This document shows positions 53,901 through 64,000 of a stretch of DNA of 64,000 nucleotides, one piece after another. The number at the start of each line of letters is the position of its first letter. Position 1 is the stretch's first letter. The notes beneath the pieces are model-generated. The model did not search any database. It was not told the DNA's origin and worked only from the letters and a program-made list of their open reading frames with translations. The DNA is from Felis catus (lineage: Eukaryota), in assembly GCF_018350175.1 (NCBI RefSeq), contig NC_058368.1:213406001-213470000 (forward strand), written 5' to 3'. A program made the translations under genes and the position numbers.

Positions 53901-54986
53901 GACTCTGTAGTGTCTTCCCTGTGAGAAGATCCGCGGGAACGAGGGGGTGACCAGTTGTTCCTGGTGGAAGCTCGTGGGGCTTCGGCGAGCGATTCAGGGT
54001 CAGAAGATGAGTCCTCGGCATCACCATACATGGATGAGAGAGATGGCTCCGTGCTGTCACCCAGGCCCGACAGGGACATGCTGTCTTCGTGAAAACTGCT
54101 AAAATTTCTAGAGTAGTTGCTCAAAAAGTTTTTGTTCACAGTAAAATGTTTGTCAGGATTAATGGAATCCAAAACTGAAGGCTGGGAGGCCCACTGTGGG
54201 GGAGGGGGCTGGCCAGCAGCCCAGGCCCTCCTTAGGGTGGGGGTCTGGCTCCCCACGACTGGCTCAGCATGGTGGGAACTTCCACTTCCAGTGCCTGCTG
54301 GAGGTTGACCCTGAGAACGTCCCACTTGACTCAACCGGTCCCCTTTCTGAGGAGACTGAAGTCTTGGTTCAGAAGCATCCAGCTCCTTGATGAGTGTGTC
54401 GATGTCAGTCACAGGACTGCCCCCGCTTTCCCTGGGGCAGCAGTGCCCGGAGACACCCCCACACGCCCCTGCAGCCCGGTCAGCTGGTGACGGCAGGGCG
54501 GGGCTGGCCTGCAGGGCCCTCTCGGACACAGAATCTGTTCCCTCGGGCAGGGCAGAGCCTGGGGAGTTTGCAGGCACGAGGACGCCTGTTGCTTGCAGAG
54601 CCTTGCCGTGGTGACCGGGACTTCTCTGTCTCTCCTCCTGGGACACGAGGTCTGGGGACAGGACGCCACTAGCTGCAGACGCTGCCTCTGCCTCAGGTCC
54701 TGCGCCCCTGTGGGCAGCTGCCTTCCTGGGCAAGTTGGCTTCTGGGGCTGCTGGAAGGTTGCTGAAGTCACGACGAGCCGCTGCCATCTTCCCTGGGGAG
54801 GCGCTGCTCTCCTGGGCGAGACTCACATGACATCTGTCCTCAGACTCAGGCACCCCGGGTGACACTGGCTCTCCGCGGTCCTCAGGCCGCCTTGCTGGCC
54901 CCGTGTCCATGGAGGTCTTGCTGGGCTCAGGGTGAGCTGCCCCCTTCTGCTCTGGGGTAGGGATGAGGTCTGGGGGCTATCCAGTC
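50931..54986 (-). CDS. PDZD2: PDZD2 giant exon (4056 nt, Ser/Pro-rich inter-PDZ region); one base short of frame as written
   Basis: cacag|GA CTG GAT acceptor and GTT AA|gtaagt donor; contains the 1327-aa ORF with PDZD2 blocks (SINPDKHFTVNKNFLSNYSRNFSS, RPIMAWFKEINK, SFFSVKQRIKSFENLA, RALSMPDLDKL). Confidence 0.93.
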
Positions 54987-57598
54987 CTGTGTGGAGATAA
55001 GGGGGGAAGCAGGGAGAGAGAGGGGAAAATGTGAGAAAAACTCTCAATTGAAAAAAAAAAAGGAAAATGAAACACTCTCAAATTTTTGGTCTTTTTTCAG
55101 AAAGACATCCCACAGCCTAAATGTAGGCCTCCTTGTCGTTCTGTTTTTGCCTCTGAAATTACAGAGCGCTCACATCTAACAAATACCACTCTGCTCTAGA
55201 CGTTCCGAAATAACTCAGACTGGCTGGCAGAATAACCCTTTGTTTCTGCCTTTTCTCTCTTTTTGGTTATTTTTAAGGATGGGGACCCCAGAAGCCTTTC
55301 CCCTGGGTTTCTTTACACCGTCTGCTCTGATGGCAATGGCCTCAGGGGTCAGGCTGTTCTGTTTGATCCCTCGGCTTTGTGTTCATCTGCAGAGGCTTCG
55401 GGTCTCTGGTTTAGCTCTAGGTCATGGGTTTGGCCTTATGGTGGGAGTTGTGTGCTGTAGAGTCTAAAACAGTCAAGTGACGACCTCTGGGGACTTACTG
55501 CTCAGCGCAGGACAGGAGGGAGGAGGCTAATTTGGGAAGAAACACAGGTCGCCACAGAAGGAGGCAAGTCCGCACTGTACCTTGGTTGTGTCTTGACCGC
55601 GTTGAGAGGATTGGGAGAGCTGGAAGGCCACATAATCTGGGAAGCTCTGACAGAAGGGGTCAGGGGTGGGGGGGGGGGTGGGAGTTCTGCAGGGAGAGTC
55701 GGGCCACACAGTGATCGGGAGGAAGGCGAAGAAGAAAATGGAATGAAAGCAGAGAAGAGAGTGCATGAAACCTCAGAGGCGCAGGGAAAGGCAATGCATG
55801 CCGGCAACGGTGGGAAATGAAGTCCTTTCACGAGACGGGCTCTGGAGGGGCCTCCTCCTGAGGCCCCCACACACTCGGGCTAATCTGTTCACCTCTGGCA
55901 CATGGCATCTTATAATCAGGAGAAAGGACATAATAAGAACATTAGATTTGCTATTTTCTTGGGAACTATGGGTTGCTGGGAAACAGTCACAATCAAAGCA
56001 CCTGCTTTGAGAAGATGGTCTCCCCAAACGTTATATTCACTCCACATCTCCCACACAAATAATTTTTTAAATTATTTTTTACTTAAAAATTAAAAAAAAT
56101 TTAAATACTTTTGAGAGAGAGAGAGAGGAGAGAGAGACAGAGTGTGAACAGGGGAGGGGCAGAGAGAGAGGGAGACACAAATCCGAAGCAGGCTCCAGGC
56201 TCTGAGCTGTCACCACAGAGCCCAGTGTGGGACTCGAACCCACAAACCGGGAGATTATGACCTGAGCCAAAGTTGGGCAGTTAACTGACTGAGCCACCCA
56301 GGCGCCCCTTCCACACAAATCATCTTAATTGCATATTCCTTTTCCCTCCTGAAGTTCCTATGTCAACAATTAAGAACTAGTTATTAGGACTTAGTACTGT
56401 GCTAAGAGTTTTTCATGCACTTAATTTTCCTCCCAAGACTGTGAGGTAGGTCCTGTCACCATCTACGTGGGAACAGGAGGGAACTGAGGCACAGAGTGGT
56501 TAAGCAATGGATCCAGGGCCAGAGTTTATAGCCAGGGTCACCCGGGAAGGTGGCTCCACACCCCACCCTGTTATCTATAAACCCCGACTGCATGGCCTCT
56601 GTGTAGACAGCACTTGGCAACAGCAAGGTCGGCCTATCAAGACATGCGTGGGGAGCATACACAACCTCCCCGACCCCGTGGAAGGGGAGGGACATCCACG
56701 GGCTCATGTCCTTTCTGCTCTGCCTTTCTGAACTCCCTTCAGAATGACTTTCCTGCTTCTGCTGGTACCAACTCGGGGAAAAGTCACAATGAGACAAAAG
56801 GAAGGGATTTAACAGTCGTTCTTCAGTTTCAGATGCATTTGCTGAACAAACCTTAAGTTTTTGTTAGCAATTTGGCTTTATTGCAAAGCGTGTAACTTAA
56901 AAGTGTTTTGGGGGAGATTAAATGACGTAGAGGCAGTCCTTGATGTCACGTTTCAAAGTAATCCTTCACTTGTAAACCTCCCCAAATGTCCAATAATGGG
57001 CAGAATGTTGCCTCAGTTACGGCACAAAATGGGGAGGGAGGCCCAGCAGCCTTACAGATGATGTTGCAGGCACAGGAGGACGCGGAAGACATGGGTGCAG
57101 TGTCCGAGCTAGAGCGGGGCCACAGGTGTGTGGAGATGGACTCATTAAGTGTTTGGGACGGCCCGCCAGGGCCAGCGTCAGCCGTGCAGGCCAGGAGTGT
57201 CTTGTGACCTCAGCACATGGCTCAAATATTACATTCTGTGGATGTGTGAGGGAAAAGATAGCTCTCGGTGCATCTGATCTCATGTAAGCAGAGTGCTGAG
57301 ATTCTGAAGGGCAGGAACCCCTCTGTGTCATCTCATGACTTATTCACTAAGGTTCACATCACAAAATAGGTAAAGAGTGTCAACTGACTGAAAATGGATG
57401 CACTTGATGTGGAATTAAAACTAGGGGTTTAGGCACAATGATTTAGTAAAGTTGTTAAATGCAGGAGCTTTTAAATATCATTCACCTGTGTAAAAGCCCC
57501 CCCCCCCCCACTTCCCAAAATTCTCCACGTGTAACATTTGTATAAGGGTAACTTCTGCCTTCCCATCTTGAAGTTTAACCAGACCAAAATAACCTTAC

Positions 57599-57734
57599 CT
57601 GTCCTTGGTTGCTCCGGTGCAGCTTCCGGCAGGTTCTCTGTGCAGTGGCCAGCATCTGGGTGACATGGGGCACTGGCTGGCCCCCAGTTGGAAGGGACAC
57701 GTCCATCCTCGACGGTTAGCTTCCCCAGAGATTC
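57599..57734 (-). CDS. PDZD2: PDZD2 coding exon (136 nt)
   Basis: gccag|GAA TCT CTG..ACA G|gtaagg; ESLGKLTVEDGRVPSNWGPASAPCHPDAGHCTENLPEAAPEQPRT. Confidence 0.88.
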
Positions 57735-57949
57735 CTGGCACAATGACAACCACAAGTCACTGTCGTCAGTTTTCAGGTTTTCTGCACCCTCAGACCTCAC
57801 ACACAGAGAAGAGCTGGTTTGGGGAATTTCAGAGAACCCTGGATGAGGAGCCCCGAGATCCAGATTCTGGGTGTCAGATCCACTAGAAATTATATGGACT
57901 TGTCATTCTTCCTAAGCCTCAGTTTTCCTAACTTTGGAATGTGGGTGAT

Positions 57950-58680
57950 CAGGGAACTGCAGATCAGAATCACACTGAGATGTCACCCCACACCCATGAG
58001 GGTGGCTATAATCAAAAGCAGAAATAACAGGTGTTGGCGAGGATGTGGAGAAACCGGAACCTTGTGCACTGTTGGCGGGAATGTGAAATGGTTGAGCCGC
58101 TATGGAAAAGGCTACGGAGGTTTCTCAAAAAAATAAACACAGAAATACCATACGATCCACATATCTGACTTCTGGGTATACACCCAGAAGAACTGAAAGC
58201 AGGGTCTCTAAGAGGTATGTGTATTGCCATGTTTATAGCAGCACTATTCACAATAGCTAAAATGTGAAAGCAGTTCAAGTGTCTGTTGATAGATCGCTGG
58301 ATAATCAAAATGGGGGATATACCGAAAATGGGATATTACTCAGTCTTAGAAAGGAGATTCTGATCCAGGCTACGACAGGGATGAACCCTGAGGACATTAT
58401 GTGAAGTGAAATAAGCCAGTCACAAAAAGACAAAAGTGTATGATTCCACTTTTATAAGGTATTGAGAGGAGTAGAAATCAGAGAGACAGAAGACAGAGTG
58501 GTGGTTTCTGGGGGCTGGTGGGAGAGTTATTATATAACAGGTACAGAATCCACGGGCTGAAACCATCTGTTTCACAAGATGAAAAGAGTTCAGGAGGTGG
58601 TGGTGATGAATGCACAACATTATTAACAAATTAATACCACTGAACTGTGCATTTTCACATAAGGTGGATTTTACCACAGG
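57950..58680 (+). mobile_element. L1 (L1MA/MB-like) 3' end
   Basis: RELQIRITLRCHPTPMRVAIIK..NNRCWRGCGE ORF2 C-terminal remnant plus L1 3'UTR motifs. Confidence 0.85.
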
Positions 58681-59507
58681 AGAAAAAAATGGGGAAAAAA
58701 CTGGGGATAAGACTTGTCCTGTCTAACTCACAGAGATTTAAATAAAAGATGAGTAAATGAGTAAAAAAAAAAAAAAAAATACAGCCCACAAAAGGCTATA
58801 CAGACGTAGGTATTATTGTCTGTGTACAGTATGGTAATATCCACGACTGTAAGGTCAGCATCTCAGTTTGGTACTTAGGGCCAGGACTCATCTGGACAAA
58901 TGAAACGGACATTTAATCTTTCAAAATTTCACTTTAGCCAAGTGTCAATTACTTCATCTTCCTTTCTTCTATCTAAAACCTACTGTAAAAAAAAAAAAAA
59001 AAAAGAAAAAAATTGCAAAACCAACCCGCCAGGAAGTTAAATCAGATTTGAAATTCACTCTCAGAGTTAAGGAGTCTTCACAAAGTGGCCCAAAGGTGGC
59101 AGCAGAGGAGAGAGGTGAAATGGATACAGCGTCTTTCAGCGGCTCTTGTATAAAAATCATTTAGTATCTGCTGAGGGAAATCTGCACAGGGTTTGAGTCA
59201 GTTATTTCTCTTTAGCAGTAAGGCATAAACGTAATAGAAAACAGCAAAAGAGGTTTGGAATTAGTAAGGCATAAATGTAATACAAAACAATGAAAGAGGT
59301 TTGGCATTAGAGGTGTGACTGAACAGCACTGTGAATGCACCAAATGCCACTGAACTGTATTCTACAGTGTTTCATTTTATGTTATGTGACATTCGTCTCA
59401 TCTTGAAAAGTATTAAGTAAAAACAGCACAAGACAACTTACTTACCGAAGGTTTTTTTCTTTTTAAGCTTCCAATATTTGAGGGTAAATACTTAATGACA
59501 ATGCATT

Positions 59508-59777
59508 TTTTTTAAAGTTTATTTATTTATTGCTTCTTGGCCTTTTGGCTAAGATCAAGTGTAAATTTTGTTTATTTTGAGAGAGAGAGAGAGAGAGAGA
59601 GAGAGTTCATGTGACCAAGCAGGCAAGGGGCAGAGAGAAAGGGAGAGAGACTCCCAAGCAGGCTCCGTGCTGTAAGTGCACAGCCTGAGGTGGGACTCGA
59701 TCCCATGAACCACGAGATCAAGACCTGAGCTGAAATCAAGACTTGGGTGCTTAACTGACTGAGCCACCCAGGTGCCC
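59508..59777 (-). mobile_element. Can-SINE hosting the U2 fragment in its tail
   Basis: Reverse SINE body with TSD AATGACAATGCATT / AATGGCAATGCATT. Confidence 0.9.
59529..59563 (+). pseudogene. 35-nt U2 snRNA 5' fragment (tailless retropseudogene)
   Basis: ATTGCTTCTTGGCCTTTTGGCTAAGATCAAGTGTA vs U2 ATCGCTTCTCGGCCTTTTGGCTAAGATCAAGTGTA: 33/35, both differences CpG>TpG. Confidence 0.9.
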
Positions 59778-61351
59778 CATAAATGGCAATGCATTCTATT
59801 TTCTTTCTGATGTATAGATGAAATCATATTTTTGAAATAAATTTTTTTAAGAGAAGAGTTAAACTTTTGTGCAAAAGTTTTAAATGCCTCTCAAAATTCT
59901 TATTGGGAATACTCATTCACAATGACAAAAGCTCTTATTTTATAAACAATTATGAACAAAACTCCTGATTTATATAGTTATCCAAAACTGGCTGATACTT
60001 TTTAAAAGAAGGGGTTAACCCATCAGCCGAACATTGCATTTTAAAACACATATGCTAGTTGGAAGTAGTAACATATTTTAGGAGGATGAAAAAAGATGTG
60101 TTTCTACTTTTTCTATATGGTTAACAAAAATCCCTTCTGCCTAATATAGTTTTTATGACTTCATATTTTCTGGGTCTGTTTACACATATGTTTGTATAAA
60201 CCACTTGAACATGTATCTTTATAGATGCGGCCTTACAATCAGCTCAGAGAGAAACTATTTATGTTGAGGTCGCAAACATTTGTTTCTCTTACTCCTCCTT
60301 GCTTACGTGGAGGTATACTGACTAAAATCAAGCCATGTGAGAGGTGCCTGGGTGGCTCAGTTGTTTGAGCATCTGACTGTGGCTCAGGTCATGATCTTAC
60401 GGTTTGTGGGTTTGAGCCCTGCCTTGGGCTCTGACACTCGGAGCCTGGAGCCTGCTTCAGATTCTGTGTCTCCCTCTCTCTCTGCTCTCCCCTGCCTGCA
60501 CTCTGTGTCTCTATCTCTCAAAAATAAACAAACATTAAAAAATTTTTTTTGAAAATCAAGCAATTTGACAATCTGGACCATTCTAACATATGTGTAACCA
60601 AGTTGTAACATAAATAATATTGACTCGCATTTAAAGTGGTGCATTATAAGTTTTCTTTTTTTTTTTTTTTTTTTTTTAAGATTTTCTTTTTCAGTCTTCT
60701 TTACCGTCAACATGGGGCTGGAACTCACAACCCCAAGACGGAGAGTCAGACTGAGCCTGCCAGGCGCCCAGGTGCAATGTTAAGTTTCTAAGTGAATGCC
60801 TGCCCAATTTTTCACGTGATTCTCACAATAAGGGTACGAATAGTTTTGATTATTACACAGTTGCTGTAAAAAGTCTGAAAAAATAAGGATCGCGCAGAAC
60901 CTCACCAGCTGGAGAGAATCACTGTTAGCCTGTGTGACGGTCCCTCTGGCTCTGAGAGATAATCAGGGCAGAATCTCTCCTCAGAATCAGGGCACGATCT
61001 CTCCTCAGTGGTCCAGACAACTGTGACTCACAAAGATTCAACAACTTGCCTCAATGGTCACCCAACTAGCCAGTGGACCAGACCCAGCGTTCTTCTTCAC
61101 CAGCCTAGTGCCGCCCTTCCCTCATCAACTATGTGTACAGGTCCCGTGTACAGGTAAGAGAGGGATTTCATCTTTTGGCAGAATGATCTATGACTCAATA
61201 CCTGGGCATGTTCCCCCCACCAGCTGCTACAGTCTGTTTCTCCAACCATTCCCCCTCTTCCAGGCAGGATATCCTCTGCTTCCTAACACACTCCGTATTC
61301 ACTCACACAAAAGTCACTGAGATCCCAAGTAACTGAAAGGAAACCAGTTAC

Positions 61352-62148
61352 CTTCTCCACGGTTCCATCGGGATGAAAATCAGTCCCGGTCTCTCTGCCA
61401 GAAGTGGCCTGGATACATGGGTCATCAGCTCCATCAGCTGGGTTTTCAGTCTCGGAGTTGCTGGGCCTGGTGTCAGCCTCGGGCCTCTTGTGGTGTGGGC
61501 TGACCCTGGCCACTGGTTTGTGCCTGGACCCCAGGTTGTCATTCTTCTGCTGGGGGGACCTGGAGACATCTGTGCGCATCAGATTCTGGGGGCCTGCATC
61601 GGCTTTGTATTCCAATTTGGGGGAACTCTTAGATCCTGATAGTTCCTTCTTTCCTGAGCGGCCAGGGCCACCCTTGGGGGCCGCTACCGAGGCCAGCAGG
61701 TTGGCTGAATGGGAAGGAGTGTCCCCCGTGCCCTCTGGGACACTCTCCTCTAAGTCCAGCGAGCTTCCCAGGAGAGGCACTGAGGAGGCCTTACTGACCA
61801 GTGTTTTCTGGGGATGTTCCTCCTGGTTGTTGATACTCATGACCTTGGAAGAGGTCATCAAGACCTGCCTACAGTCGTCCTCTGGCAGAGACCTGCTGGG
61901 ACCAGAGAGGGTCCCTGGGAGGGAAACGCAATCCCCTTCGCCATCAAACTCTTCTTCGTCACTGGCATCGTCTGTGTCATAGCAGCCAACCCTCCTCTGG
62001 CGGACGAGAGGGTTTCGGAGCACCTGCGGGCTCCCAGGGAGACTGGCTTGTCTGGCAACCGTCACCTGCTTGTGGAAGAGCCCCGAGGCCCGCTGGCTTC
62101 CTAGAGACACGAGGCTGTTGGCCCTGGCTTTTCCTGGTTCCTTGTGAG
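61352..62148 (-). CDS. PDZD2: PDZD2 coding exon (797 nt)
   Basis: caccag|CT CAC AAG..GAG AAG|gtaac; (T)HKEPGKARANSLVSLGSQRASGLFHKQVTVARQASLPGSPQ...GTVEK. Confidence 0.95.
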
Positions 62149-62931
62149 CTGGTGGGGAGGGGGAAAGAAATCATTAAATGAGACAGGGTTTCCCATCTGG
62201 CCTGGTTTTACAACTCAACCCCCCTCATTATACATGAGCACGCCCCCCCCCCCCCCCCCCCCCTTCACAACTGCCACCTATTCGTCCTCTGGCCACTGAA
62301 GACCAGGCTTAGATGATAGGGCTTCTTGGGATTTGCACAGAGTGGACAGCCAGAGTCCCTCTCTCCTTTTCCCACTGGCCTCTTTTCTTGTTTAAAATTT
62401 TTTTTCTTTTTTTTACTTCAATCTCTGGATTTGGTTTGCACATGTATGCTGCCTAGAGACAGAAATGTTTAATTCATCAACACCCATGATGCCTGATACA
62501 TGGCTGGGGTTCGCACAAGATGCTGCTGCTGGGAGCTCCTTTTTGGGAGGACGCCCAGAGACCAGCAAGCCCTGCACTCCAGGACCTTATCCCGTGAGGC
62601 CCCCCCCTTCATCACAGGAGGCCCTTCCTCAGGGGCAAGGAGTGGGGGCTGGGTACGGGGGGCACATAAGCTCCTAGAACATGGTACAGGGAGCCTGATA
62701 TTATATTGTCTGTAACCAACCAGGGATAGGGCAAAACTTGTTTGCTCAGCAAACTCTTTGCATCTTGCTAAATGAAAGAAAAATTACACGTGCTTCCACC
62801 TTGAAATGTTTCCATCAGAGACTAGAGCAAGTGCATCAGCTGCTTCAAATGAAAGCCAGAGTGGTCAAGTCTGCCTGTCCTAAGACAGAGATGTTCTTGT
62901 TCAGACATTAGAAATTAAAAAAAAAAGTGCA

Positions 62932-63353
62932 GGGGTGCTTGGGTGGCTCAGTTGGTTGAGCGTCTGACTTTGGCTAAGGTCATGATCTCGCGGCTTGTGA
63001 GTTGAGCCCCATGTCGGGCTCTGTGTGAACAGCTCAGAGCCTGGAGCCTGCTTCAGATTCTGTGTCTCCCTCTCTCTCTGCCCCTCCCCCACTCATGCTC
63101 ACTCTCACTCTCAAAAATGAATAAACATTAAAAAATATATATTTTTTGGTAATTTTTTTAGTGTTTATTTGTCCTGTGAAACTCCCAGTCCGTGAGTTCA
63201 AGCCCCGCCTTGGGCTCTGTGCTGACAGCTCAGAGCCTGGAGCCTGCTTCAGATTCTGTGTCTCCCTCTCTCTGACCCTCCCCCATTCATGCTCTGTCTC
63301 TCTTTGTCTCAAAAATAAATAAACATTAAAAAAAAAAATTAAAAAAAAAAAAA
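62932..63353 (+). mobile_element. Full Can-SINE followed by a 5'-truncated SINE
   Basis: 62932-63135 full; ~63190-63353 partial. Confidence 0.88.
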
Positions 63354-63883
63354 GCAAACCACACCAGCAGAAGCCTGAGAAATCAGTATGGTTCACATGG
63401 GATTATCTCATATTATAGTGAGAGTGTAATCAATGAGATTTAAAAACACCTGTTTGATAACATCTCTCTTACGGGTTCAGAATCTTTCACTCGTTGCCTT
63501 CTAAAAAGAATGAAGTTAGGGCCCAGTAAGGGAAGGGACCTGGATCTTGGCTAGGGTTCCCCTAAAACATAAAGCCATCAGGTTGCTAACCTGATTTCAT
63601 GCCATAAATTTCAAGACTAAGTTATGTAAATAGCATCTAAATGCTGGTTTAGCCACCTCCCACACCCTGGGTGCAGAACGGGTGTCCAGATCCTTTACCG
63701 CAGACCTGAGGGGCCCGTCATTAAATGGTGGGCTGCATTTTCTAAGAATAAACTCTGAATTTCGTCAGGGAACAAAGACGGCTTCTACTCAACCAGAGGC
63801 TTGGGTTCCAGTTCTCCGTTCACATTAAAGCATCATAATACGTAAACCCATGTGGCCCGAGTCAGAAAACAGTCATTGTTTAC

Positions 63884-64000
63884 TGGAGGTGCTGGGTGGC
63901 AGGCCACCGTCTTCAGAGATGCTGCAGCCACTTCCTGGGTGATCCTCGTCCTCAGAGCCGGCCACCATGAAGTCTGACAGGGGGCCTGGGACACCGGGGG
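63884..64000 (-). CDS. PDZD2: PDZD2 coding exon (5' end beyond the window)
   Basis: PGVPGPLSDFMVAGSEDEDHPGSGCSISEDGGLPPSTS, TCC A|gtaaac donor; A+CT completes Thr with the next exon. Confidence 0.92.

Noticed and set aside
51060..54862. Plus-strand ORFs antisense to the large PDZD2 exon (also 61404-61982)
   Set aside because: Shadow ORFs expected opposite GC-rich coding sequence; no independent signals
50927..54910. 1327-aa ORF as a stand-alone single-exon gene
   Set aside because: It has splice sites at both ends and is colinear with PDZD2; the Met start is an artefact of the frameshift just upstream
55200..55465. Coding-looking purine-rich stretch after a ttttag acceptor on the minus strand (possible extra PDZD2 exon)
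   Set aside because: Stops occur in all three frames within ~50 nt of the acceptor, and no clear donor was found

Overview
Mammalian (felid-type) genomic DNA, judged from the dense carnivore tRNA-derived Can-SINEs including young SINEC_Fc-like copies. It holds the 3' parts of two convergent spliced genes. GOLPH3 is on + (exons 10220-10351, 16792-16906, 25257-25681 plus 3'UTR to ~27165; exon 1 lies outside the window). PDZD2 is on - (nine coding exons from the window edge down to the stop at 39848, 3'UTR to ~37055). About 10 kb of repeat-rich DNA separates them. Most short ORFs in the supplied track are SINE, L1 or low-complexity artefacts. I found no convincing previously undescribed multi-gene system. 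The most notable observations are: (1) an apparent 1-bp frameshift at the start of the 4-kb PDZD2 exon (homopolymer error or true allele), with a possible in-frame rescue acceptor; (2) a 35-nt tailless U2 snRNA retrocopy nested in a SINE tail; (3) a SINE whose (CT)n linker has expanded into a ~1.46-kb polypyrimidine VNTR; (4) a (CA)n(CG)12 tract next to a CTCF-type motif; (5) an antisense solo LTR in GOLPH3 intron 1. Repeat family names and protein comparisons come from recognition, not from database searches.
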